Shown here piece by piece: positions 1 through 6,150 of a stretch of 6,641 bases of DNA (position 1 is its first letter; each line of letters starts with the position of its first letter). The notes under the pieces are model-generated. The model was not told where the DNA came from. It searched no databases and was given only the letters and a program-made list of their open reading frames with translations. Made by a program: the position numbers and the translations under genes. Source of the DNA: a virus (Duplodnaviria; Heunggongvirae; Uroviricota; Caudoviricetes); IMG/VR virus record IMGVR_UViG_2681813261_000025, positions 1-6,641 of that record, one strand, 5' to 3'.

Positions 1-83
1 GCTCTACACTTTGAGCCTGTTAAATTGATTAAAAACTTATGTGTAAAATAGAACGCATTAGTCAGTAGCAAAGAGATGCAATA

Positions 84-876
84 ATGGACGATTTATCGGT
101 ATACGCGAGATCATTGGATAAGGCTAAATACTATGTTTACTGTCTCTATGATANNNNNNNNNNNNNNNNNNNNNGATACAGAAGACAAGATGAAAAGACC
201 GTTTTACATAGGAAAAGGCAAATCGACTCGTTGTCTCGATCACATCAAGTATCCCGATGACTCTCCCAAATCCATGCGGATCAAAGAACTTTTGGCTAAT
301 AAAAAATTAGGCATAGATATACTTCGTCATGGTATGGATGAAACCACAGCCAAACTTGTTGAGGCGACATGCATCGACCTTATGGGGGTCGGAGAGCTTA
401 CGAATAAGGTACGAGGAAGTGGTTCCATGATGGGCAGAATATCACTGGACGCCTACCATCACTTAGTGCTGCAAGAGGAAACTGAAATTGCTCCTGAGCA
501 CGCCGGTCTTGCCTTCCTGCTAAACAGCACCTACAAGTCAGGAATGTCCGCTCTGGCATTATATGAAGCTACGCGTGGCGTATGGGCAAAGGTTCCAAGA
601 GACGAGAATCTCAAATATGCCTACGCTACATATGGTGGGCTGATAATGGAAGTTTATCAGATTGAATGCTGGGTCAAAGCCGGTTCTCAGCAGTACTTTA
701 CAAGGGATATAGCTCTTGGCCCCGACACAAAACGTTATGAATTTGTTGGCAGAATAGCCGATGAGCATATTAGAAAACTGTATGTAGGCAAATTAATCAA
801 GAAGCCACCAAGCTACGGTAGCCCTTTTGTGAAGGTTGGGGTGGTTAGGACTGAACATAGTGTTAGCGCGGCATAA
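84..876 (+). CDS. GIY-YIG nuclease-domain protein with an unassigned ~180-aa C-terminal domain; the ORF is broken by the N-run and the frame differs on either side of it
   Basis: The ORF track calls 133..876. Upstream, the ATG at 84 opens a different frame reading MDDLSVYARSLDKAKYYVYCLYD up to the N-run, where YVYCLY looks like the GIY half-motif. After the gap the track frame reads RPFYIGKGKSTRCLDH, matching the YIG-x-x-K...R...H half of a GIY-YIG core. The two halves only join if the true gap length is not 21 nt, so the 5' boundary and exact length are uncertain. A hairpin terminator follows the stop. Confidence 0.5.
154..174. other. Run of 21 N (assembly gap or masked bases) inside the GIY-YIG ORF
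   Basis: Literal n characters at 154..174. The reading frame that carries the protein motifs changes across the run, so the run does not represent the true number of bases. Confidence 0.95.
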
Positions 877-892
877 AGCTGACACTGTAGTT

Positions 893-930
893 ATGCATTG
901 GCGCAATGTACGCGCCAATGCATGATTTTT
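893..930 (+). terminator. Rho-independent terminator between the convergent GIY-YIG gene and the par operon
   Basis: Perfect 12-bp stem ATGCATTGGCGC (893..904) / GCGCCAATGCAT (912..923) with a 7-nt loop, followed by GATTTTT (924..930). It lies 17 nt after the stop at 876 and overlaps the parB stop codon. Confidence 0.6.
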
Positions 931-1288
931 AACCTTTCTTCATCAACTCTCGTTTGATTTCATCGGTACGCATCGTGACATCGGCAGCGGTGATCGCCTC
1001 ATTCAATTTCACGATGTCCTCGATTTCCTGCGGTGACTTCTCTGCCAGATGGAAAATGGCTGCTCGAATCACGTCAGAACGAGTGAACTTCTCGAAGCGA
1101 GGGATGAACTTCATCATCTCCAGCAGTTCGAAGTATTCGTCCTCCAGTGACATTGTGCGGCTTTTAATTTTCTCTTTGCCACGAGTCGGGCGTCCCTGTG
1201 GTCTGACTGGTTGGCGCAAAGGAGTTGTGTTCTTAGCCGGTGCATCAGGCTCTTTGCGCTTTGCTAGGTCACCCATTTTCATGGACAT
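929..1288 (-). CDS. Small partition protein (putative centromere-binding ParB/ParG-like partner of the ParA ATPase)
   Basis: 119-aa ORF directly downstream of parA, with its ATG overlapping the parA stop (TAATG at 1286..1290 on the - strand), implying translational coupling. It has a basic Arg/Lys/Pro-rich N-terminal tail (RQPVRPQGRPTRGKEK) followed by a short helical region, the architecture expected of small type Ib centromere-binding proteins. Assignment is by context and composition, not a specific motif. Confidence 0.55.
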   Translation of the reverse strand: MSMKMGDLAKRKEPDAPAKNTTPLRQPVRPQGRPTRGKEKIKSRTMSLEDEYFELLEMMKFIPRFEKFTRSDVIRAAIFHLAEKSPQEIEDIVKLNEAITAADVTMRTDEIKRELMKKG

Positions 1289-1956
1289 TATTCTTCTTCC
1301 TCCAGACTCAACAGATAATCTACAAATTCTTCAAACTCGGCTTCCGCCTTTTTGTCGCGCTCGCTACCGGTCATTTCAAAGATAGAACGACCAGACTCTT
1401 CCGCATCATCATAGACGTTGCGGTTATACAGATTGACTGGCGCAGACTCGATTCCAAACGTCTCAACAATCTCTTTAGCCGCCAGAATGCGAGACACTTG
1501 TGATGGCAAAGCCGGGCACTGGTTCATGACCGCGCGGACCTTCACTTTATCGTTTACATTGCGAACATTGTCGATAATAGGATCGATGTCACGTAAAGAT
1601 TTCAAATCACGACGCTTAGGACGCAGCGGGATAATGATAACGTCAGCCATCAGCATCGCTTGTCGCTGAATTTCGGAGTCGAAGCCACCAGCATCTACCA
1701 CTACAAACTCAGCTCTACCCTGAAGCGATTTTAGGTGCTTAATGATGTCATCCTGAACGTATGCAAAAGGAATCAGCTCAAGGTCTTCGTTCTGTCGACG
1801 GTCTTCACACCAGCTCGTTGTCGTGCGCTGAATATCTATATCGGTAATATAAACCTTCTTCTTCTTTTTGACTTTCAGGCAAACGGCAATTTGCTGGGCA
1901 ACGGTGGATTTGCCAGGCCCGCCCTTTGTGCCGCCAACCACAAAGATCTTGGTCAT
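1288..1956 (-). CDS. parA: ParA/ParF-family partition ATPase (small type Ib ParA)
   Basis: 222-aa ORF with an N-terminal deviant Walker A motif, VVGGTKGGPGKST (KGGxGK[ST]), and a hydrophobic VVVDAGG Walker B-like stretch. Its size fits the small type Ib ParA proteins. A Shine-Dalgarno-like AAGGGA lies about 9 nt upstream of the ATG on the - strand. Confidence 0.85.
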   Translation of the reverse strand: MTKIFVVGGTKGGPGKSTVAQQIAVCLKVKKKKKVYITDIDIQRTTTSWCEDRRQNEDLELIPFAYVQDDIIKHLKSLQGRAEFVVVDAGGFDSEIQRQAMLMADVIIIPLRPKRRDLKSLRDIDPIIDNVRNVNDKVKVRAVMNQCPALPSQVSRILAAKEIVETFGIESAPVNLYNRNVYDDAEESGRSIFEMTGSERDKKAEAEFEEFVDYLLSLEEEE

Positions 1957-2274
1957 TGGAGAGTTCCCTTTGCGTATATAATTATCGTCTGAAACAACTT
2001 GTTTTCTTATATGTGATATAGCCTAAATGCCTACGGCTGCGGTGTAAAGGTTAAATGGTAGGTTGTGATTAACAATTGGCAATCATAGCTTGTATTTGTC
2101 TGTTGAAAAAAGTAACAATGACCTCTATATTACAAGTACGGTGATATGCCGTACACAATTTGATAATGCACACGTAATGGGCTATAGCCTTTTAAAGTAA
2201 TTTTTGAGTCGAAAACTCAGTTTGAACAGAGGAGATTGATGGCCTTCCTACATCACGGCCATCAGGAGGAATAC
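1957..2274. promoter_or_regulatory. Divergent control region between parA and the toxin-antitoxin operon; candidate par centromere/operator and TA operator
   Basis: 318-bp AT-rich intergenic region flanked by divergent start codons. It contains a perfect 10-bp palindrome GGCTATAGCC (2180..2189), an inverted repeat GTACGG-N7-CCGTAC (2136..2154), a small palindrome AAACTCAGTTT (2211..2221), and the recurring words GTGATAT (2013, 2141) and TATAGCC (2018, 2183). A weak sigma70-like candidate is TTGATA (2160..2165), 17-bp spacer, TATAGC (2183..2188), overlapping the palindrome. No transcription start can be determined from sequence. Confidence 0.35.
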
Positions 2275-2544
2275 ATGTCAGCACTAAAAAAGCAGCGCAT
2301 CGATTTGAGATTAACCGATGACGATAAAAGCATCATCGAGGAAGCTGCCGCAATGTCTAACCAGAGCATTACTCAGTTTATGGTTAGCAGTGCATCTGAA
2401 CGTGCCGTGAAAGTTATAGAGCAACACCGTAGACTAGTTCTGAATGAAGAATCCTGGAATCTGGTTATGGACGCTATAAGCAATCCTCCGGCACCGAACG
2501 ACAAGCTGAAACGAGCTGCTGATCGTCTGAAAAGCATGGAGTAG
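2275..2544 (+). CDS. ataR: DUF1778-type antitoxin partnering a GNAT toxin (AtaR/TacA/KacA family)
   Basis: The 89-aa product from the ATG at 2275 (MSALKKQRIDLRLTDDDK...NPPAPNDKLKRAADRL) has the length and N-terminal basic strand typical of this family, including a conserved-looking NPPAPN segment. A strong AGGAGG (2264..2269) sits 5 nt upstream. The ORF track's longer start at 2236/2239 has a poorer spacing. It lies immediately upstream of the GNAT toxin gene. The family call is firm; the specific symbol is by recalled similarity. Confidence 0.8.
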   Translation: MSALKKQRIDLRLTDDDKSIIEEAAAMSNQSITQFMVSSASERAVKVIEQHRRLVLNEESWNLVMDAISNPPAPNDKLKRAADRLKSME

Positions 2545-2551
2545 TTTACTC

Positions 2552-3073
2552 GTGAGCAATACAACGATAGAGATTTTCTCTGGAGAGAAAGATTATGATC
2601 TAAACGGTTTTGATTGCGGCGAAGAGTCACTAAACGCCTTTTTAGCCAACCACTTAAAAAGGCAGCATGAGGGAAAAATTCTTCGTGCTTATGTGCTTTG
2701 CACTCAAGAAGAAAGGCCAAAAGTGTTAGGATATTACACTTTGTCAGGTAGTTGTTTTGAAAAGGAGTCCTTACCTTCAAGAAGCAAACAAAAGAAGGTT
2801 CCTTATCGGAATGTTCCAAGTGTTACTTTGGGTAGGCTGGCTTTGGACAAGTCCCTTCAAGGTCAAGGATTTGGCTCAATGCTTGTAACACATGCAATGC
2901 GCGTTGTGTACAATGCATCTCTTGCTGTAGGCATTCATGGACTTTTCGTTGAGGCGTTAAATGACAAAGCCAAGGCGTTTTATAAAAGTTTAGGCTTTAT
3001 CCAGCTGGTTGGTAACAACGAGCGTTCTTTGTTCTATCCTACAAAATCTATCGAAAAATTGTTCGAAGAATAA
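2552..3073 (+). CDS. ataT: GNAT-family N-acetyltransferase toxin (AtaT/TacT/ItaT family, aminoacyl-tRNA acetylating)
   Basis: 173-aa ORF starting at GTG 2552, 7 nt after the antitoxin stop. The N-terminal DYDLNGFDCGEESLNAFL and the acetyl-CoA-binding-like RLALDKSLQGQGFGSML (Q/R-x-x-G-x-G/A pattern) are characteristic of GNAT toxins paired with DUF1778 antitoxins. The sequence closely resembles what I recall of E. coli AtaT; this was not verified by search. Confidence 0.85.
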   Translation: MSNTTIEIFSGEKDYDLNGFDCGEESLNAFLANHLKRQHEGKILRAYVLCTQEERPKVLGYYTLSGSCFEKESLPSRSKQKKVPYRNVPSVTLGRLALDKSLQGQGFGSMLVTHAMRVVYNASLAVGIHGLFVEALNDKAKAFYKSLGFIQLVGNNERSLFYPTKSIEKLFEE

Positions 3074-3076
3074 TGT

Positions 3077-3098
3077 GTTCCCCTCATTTGAGGGGAAC
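3077..3098. terminator. Hairpin between the convergent toxin gene and the lysis-like operon (possible bidirectional terminator)
   Basis: 9-bp stem GTTCCCCTC (3077..3085) / GAGGGGAAC (3090..3098) with a 4-nt loop, sitting between the stop at 3073 (+) and the stop at 3106 (-). There is no long T-tract on either side, so terminator strength is uncertain. Confidence 0.4.
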
Positions 3099-3105
3099 TT
3101 CGACA

Positions 3106-3321
3106 TCACCAACCACAAACCCTCTCTCCCATCGTATTGTGAAAAAGGATTTGGCGTTCGGTTTCTTCAGTCATTACATCATTATTGCTGATATAGATAG
3201 GCTCAGCCCCATCGCAGAACAACACGCTGGCTGTTTGTGGTTTAATGACGCACCCACTTATCATACAACTCACGATGAACGGCAGAAGCATCTTTCTGAC
3301 GTATTTTACTGCTCGTCTCAT
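3106..3321 (-). CDS. Putative outer-membrane lipoprotein, o-spanin-like (Rz1-like)
   Basis: 71-aa ORF with a basic n-region (MRRAVKYVRK), a hydrophobic h-region and a lipobox-like ISGC (signal peptidase II type). Its 5' end overlaps, out of frame, the 3' end of the upstream TM protein gene (3242..3321), as in overlapped spanin pairs. It is the last gene of the lysis-like cassette. Confidence 0.45.
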   Translation of the reverse strand: MRRAVKYVRKMLLPFIVSCMISGCVIKPQTASVLFCDGAEPIYISNNDVMTEETERQILFHNTMGERVCGW

Positions 3322-3493
3322 TCACCACTTTCACTGTGTTTTGAAGTCGTTTTCTGTCTTCCTGTTTTGCCTTCTCTTCCATTGCTCGTCGCGCCGCATT
3401 CCCGCCCATCGTGTAAGCGCCGACAAGAACGAAAAGAACGGCAGCCAGCGTAATCAAAGCAACTTTTAGCTTTGTCATCAGGCTGCCTAGCAT
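3242..3493 (-). CDS. Putative inner-membrane i-spanin-like protein (short; N-terminal TMD plus charged helical region)
   Basis: 83-aa ORF with an N-terminal transmembrane segment (LKVALITLAAVLFVLVGAYTM) followed by a highly charged probably helical region (RRAMEEKAKQEDRKRLQ). Its ATG lies 1 nt after the stop of the endolysin-like gene and its 3' end overlaps the lipoprotein ORF. It is shorter than classical Rz proteins, hence the low confidence. Confidence 0.4.
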   Translation of the reverse strand: MLGSLMTKLKVALITLAAVLFVLVGAYTMGGNAARRAMEEKAKQEDRKRLQNTVKVVNETSSKIRQKDASAVHRELYDKWVRH

Positions 3494-3494
3494 A

Positions 3495-4187
3495 TTAGAC
3501 CATCCCTTTCTGGTGTTTTCTTACCTGCGACCAGGCAATGAATCCTGCCACAACAATAGTGGCAATACCGAAGATGATGCGTACTGTATCCCCGCTAGAG
3601 ATATGACCTTGTGCTTTATCCATAGCAGCGGAAACCTGCGGCATAACATCGGCCAGCTGCGCCAGACCAATACCTGCTGTAACAGTTGCGCCTGCGGTTT
3701 CTTTAGTTACAGGAACAGCCTTCACGGTTTTCACCGGCTTAACAACGCCAGCTCGACGCAGACCTTCCTCAATAACTTCTGCCGCATACCAGGTGTTCAG
3801 CGTTTTTAGCGGGCCTCGGCCATTCTCGTGGCGAATGATTGCCTCAACCAAAGGTCGAAGGATGTCGTAATCATGCAGATCGATGATCATGTCTGCGGTT
3901 ACACCAACGGCTTTAGACACCTCATTAATGTAGGCGTCAGTATTGTTTTCATTCGGCGGTGCCCAGCGTTCAATAACTTCACGAATGGTATCGATACTTG
4001 TGCCGTCTTTTGCGCGACGTTTATCGTGGTAGGTAATTAGAGTCACCGCCAGCGCACGAATCCCCCAAACAGGGTCTTTAAACGTGCAAAAGCGCGGTTC
4101 GTCTGGATTCGCAACCAGACCTTGCCACGGTGATCCTTTATCAAGATTACCGGGGTTATTATTACGAATGCCTCTCGGAGTCTTCAT
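3495..4187 (-). CDS. Putative endolysin-like lysis protein of unrecognised catalytic family, with a C-terminal transmembrane anchor
   Basis: The ATG at 4187 is preceded by AGGAG about 7 nt upstream; the ORF track's GTG start at 4214 adds 9 residues. The product begins MKTPRGIRNNNPGNLDKG, has acidic conserved-looking stretches, and ends in a single hydrophobic segment (IIFGIATIVVAGFIAW). Its position between a small membrane protein and a spanin-like pair suggests the muralytic role, but I cannot match a catalytic motif (lysozyme, transglycosylase, amidase, M15, CHAP). Confidence 0.4.
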   Translation of the reverse strand: MKTPRGIRNNNPGNLDKGSPWQGLVANPDEPRFCTFKDPVWGIRALAVTLITYHDKRRAKDGTSIDTIREVIERWAPPNENNTDAYINEVSKAVGVTADMIIDLHDYDILRPLVEAIIRHENGRGPLKTLNTWYAAEVIEEGLRRAGVVKPVKTVKAVPVTKETAGATVTAGIGLAQLADVMPQVSAAMDKAQGHISSGDTVRIIFGIATIVVAGFIAWSQVRKHQKGMV

Positions 4188-4200
4188 CCTTGATCTCCTG

Positions 4201-4524
4201 TTATTGCAGTCCACTTTTTACGCCATACGCGGCTAACCCCAAAAGCAGTGCGGTAATAATGAACGACGTTATTTTAGAAACAATGCCGCCAAAGAACCCA
4301 CTTGAGATGGAATCTAACCGGTTAAGGAGTTTGTCCAGATTGGAGTGTTGAATACTATGTTGCGCCGGGGTCATATCACCAAAGTAGGTTTTCAGCTGAT
4401 CATTGACCTCCTGGCCAATTTCTTCACGTAGCTCTTTACCTAATTTGCCAACAACCTCCCGAGCAACGATCGCGGCAATACGCTCAACTTGCTCTGTTGT
4501 AACGCCCGCCATCTCGTTCGACAT
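4201..4524 (-). CDS. Small tail-anchored membrane protein, holin-like by position (first gene of the lysis-like cassette)
   Basis: The second in-frame ATG at 4524 has an excellent RBS (GGAGGA, 5-nt spacer), so the first ATG at 4536 is unlikely to be used. The product has a ~75-aa hydrophilic N-terminal part and one C-terminal TMD (FFGGIVSKITSFIITALLLGLAAYGV). This topology is atypical for canonical holins, so the functional call is tentative. Confidence 0.4.
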   Translation of the reverse strand: MSNEMAGVTTEQVERIAAIVAREVVGKLGKELREEIGQEVNDQLKTYFGDMTPAQHSIQHSNLDKLLNRLDSISSGFFGGIVSKITSFIITALLLGLAAYGVKSGLQ

Positions 4525-4583
4525 GTTTTCCTCCATGAAAAGTCAAATCGGGATGGCGGATTTATATCATATTTTAACCATTT

Positions 4584-4620
4584 GTAGTAGGTATATACTT
4601 ACCTACTATATATCTTGCAA
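4584..4620 (-). promoter_or_regulatory. Candidate promoter with an embedded perfect palindromic operator upstream of the lysis-like cassette
   Basis: The 121-bp AT-rich intergenic region 4537..4657 contains a perfect inverted repeat TAGTAGGTA (4585..4593), 6-bp spacer TATACT, TACCTACTA (4600..4608). Read on the - strand there is a sigma70-like TTGCAA (-35), a 17-bp spacer and TATATA (-10), with the -10 lying inside the palindrome. A second small dyad GCAGAT-ATA-ATCTGC (4640..4654) sits just after the tfa stop. Confidence 0.4.
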
Positions 4621-4657
4621 ACTAATCGTTGTTAATAATGCAGATATAATCTGCCCC

Positions 4658-5239
4658 TTACTCTGCTGGTATTGTTGGCCAGTCAATATCCGGTGCCGTT
4701 GATGTGTCAATGCGGTTCAATAAAACTCTATACTTCTTCCATGCAGTCAGCAACGATGCTTCTTCCTCCGTTGCAATCTCCAAATCTACAGCATCCTGAA
4801 GTGGCGCAATGTGCTCGCTGGCTACCTGCATCAGACTTTTTTTTGTTTCTTCCGCTTCCCGTACCTGAAACAATTTTTCTGTTTCCGTATCCTTCACCCA
4901 GGCTGTGCCGTCCCACTTCTGATATTCCCCATCCGGTGATAACCAGGTGACATTTTCCGGTAATGGCCCAAGTTCAGAAATAAACAACGCGTCCCCTGAT
5001 TCCACGTCATAGACCGTTTTACCCCTGTGGTCTTCAACGAGACTCCATGATTTATTTTCGCTGTTGAATACGGCCACGAAGCCAGCAGGTACATCCGGTG
5101 GCGCTATATCCGTAGAATAAGCTGGCAGCCCTGTATGAGGTGGAATATATGCATCACCTTCACCAATAAATTCATTGGTTCCGGCCAACAGATTATAAAT
5201 TTTTATGGTCCGTGGTTGTTCACTCATTGTGAAGTCCAT
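4658..5239 (-). CDS. tfa: Tail fiber assembly protein (lambda Tfa-like chaperone)
   Basis: The product ([60 protein letters not shown]...[21 protein letters not shown]) is near-identical over its length to what I recall of phage lambda Tfa and the E. coli prophage TfaE/TfaR proteins. The ATG at 5239 is preceded by AGAGGTGA; the ORF track's start at 5245 is a GTG two codons upstream. Confidence 0.9.
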   Translation of the reverse strand: MDFTMSEQPRTIKIYNLLAGTNEFIGEGDAYIPPHTGLPAYSTDIAPPDVPAGFVAVFNSENKSWSLVEDHRGKTVYDVESGDALFISELGPLPENVTWLSPDGEYQKWDGTAWVKDTETEKLFQVREAEETKKSLMQVASEHIAPLQDAVDLEIATEEEASLLTAWKKYRVLLNRIDTSTAPDIDWPTIPAE

Positions 5240-5247
5240 GTTCACCT

Positions 5248-6150
5248 CTACTTAATATCAAAGACAGTATGTTGTTTATTGAGTGTATGGGTGTGAGCAC
5301 CAACAGTGATGCCCCTTCCGTGATTATATGCGCCAGTGGCGATATTGCCTCCGGTATTTTCCGGATTAATCCGGTGTATATGCGAACCAGGGCGAAACCG
5401 GTTATTAGCCTGATGTTGTATCAGTACATCATCAGCCTGATGTTCAGGGTTAATACAGATCTGCCCTGAACGTGAGCAATACGTCCGATAATCGCCGCAT
5501 CCAATATATTTAGTATCCGCATAACGGCAAACAGAATTACCCGGACAGTATGCATATGTGCCAAATACTGCCGACTGGCGGGAGTGTGCGTATTCCCAGT
5601 TAATTGCTTCTGTTTTTTTATTAAAGTTATCCCACGCCTGCTTCATCTGCCGGGCAACGCTTTCAAACGGAACCTGACCACATCCGGCCCCCATTGCAGG
5701 GAATACCACCGTCTTTATTTTCCTGTCTGTCGTTGCGTTTTTATTGTGCTGAAAGATGGCAAGTAAAGCGGCCCAGGTTGCGTTATATACAGAGTCTGTT
5801 CCGTCAATTGTCAGCGGAACACGCATTGTTGGCGCATGTACCAGCCAGGGGTGATGATTATGCCCCGTTTCAATAACAAATGCAGAACCTACAGGCTGCT
5901 CGCCTAGATATTCACGAAGAATATGATTCTGAACGCGGGACTGTAACTGAGTACCGAAGAATGCGGTAATGGCGGCATCAACGCCGCCATCCATCAGGCC
6001 GAAACTATTTGCCGCACTTACCATGCAGTCAAATTCTCTGATTGTTTCAAATGGCTTTCCGACAATATTCACATTATCTGCGTTTGCAAATACCCGCTTA
6101 AATGCTTCAGCCATTTCTGTTACTGGTGCAGAAAGAATGAGCGTAATCAT
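5248..6150 (-). CDS. Macro-domain (ADP-ribose binding/hydrolase-like) protein fused to a Cys/His-rich tail-fibre-repeat-like C-terminal module
   Basis: 300-aa ORF whose ATG overlaps the tail-fibre stop (ATGA at 6147..6150), with GAGG 7 nt upstream. The N-terminal ~185 aa carry macro-domain motifs: [21 protein letters not shown] (compare the canonical xxVNAAN...GGGGVDGAI), [20 protein letters not shown], and [14 protein letters not shown] (compare AFPxISTGxYGxP). The C-terminal ~110 aa have six Cys ([10 protein letters not shown]...[16 protein letters not shown]) and GSHIHRI / GAHTHTL repeats of the same GxHxH type as the adjacent tail fibre. The ORF ends 8 nt before tfa. Confidence 0.8.
   Translation of the reverse strand: MITLILSAPVTEMAEAFKRVFANADNVNIVGKPFETIREFDCMVSAANSFGLMDGGVDAAITAFFGTQLQSRVQNHILREYLGEQPVGSAFVIETGHNHHPWLVHAPTMRVPLTIDGTDSVYNATWAALLAIFQHNKNATTDRKIKTVVFPAMGAGCGQVPFESVARQMKQAWDNFNKKTEAINWEYAHSRQSAVFGTYAYCPGNSVCRYADTKYIGCGDYRTYCSRSGQICINPEHQADDVLIQHQANNRFRPGSHIHRINPENTGGNIATGAYNHGRGITVGAHTHTLNKQHTVFDIK

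Noticed and set aside
154-174. The N-run as a biological feature
   Set aside because: It is an ambiguity or gap artefact, not sequence; it is treated only as a source of frame uncertainty for the GIY-YIG gene.
559-768. Minus-strand 69-aa ORF inside the GIY-YIG gene
   Set aside because: It is antisense to the longer ORF, with no RBS and no motifs.
954-1992. Plus-strand ORFs 954..1385, 1240..1503, 1418..1669 and 1735..1992 overlapping parA/parB
   Set aside because: They lie antisense to a well-supported Walker-A ATPase operon, have low-complexity or Ser/Arg-rich translations with no motifs, and lack convincing ribosome-binding sites; they are typical shadow ORFs.
2373-2819. Minus-strand 148-aa ORF overlapping the antitoxin and toxin genes
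   Set aside because: It is antisense to both TA genes, which have strong family motifs and a strong RBS; its translation has no recognisable features.
3009-4702. Plus-strand ORFs 3009..3191, 3073..3453, 3245..3469, 3513..3809, 3828..4040, 4130..4351 and 4403..4702 across the lysis-like cassette
   Set aside because: All are antisense to the contiguous minus-strand operon, with Cys/His/Ser-rich translations typical of reverse-frame artefacts and no start context.
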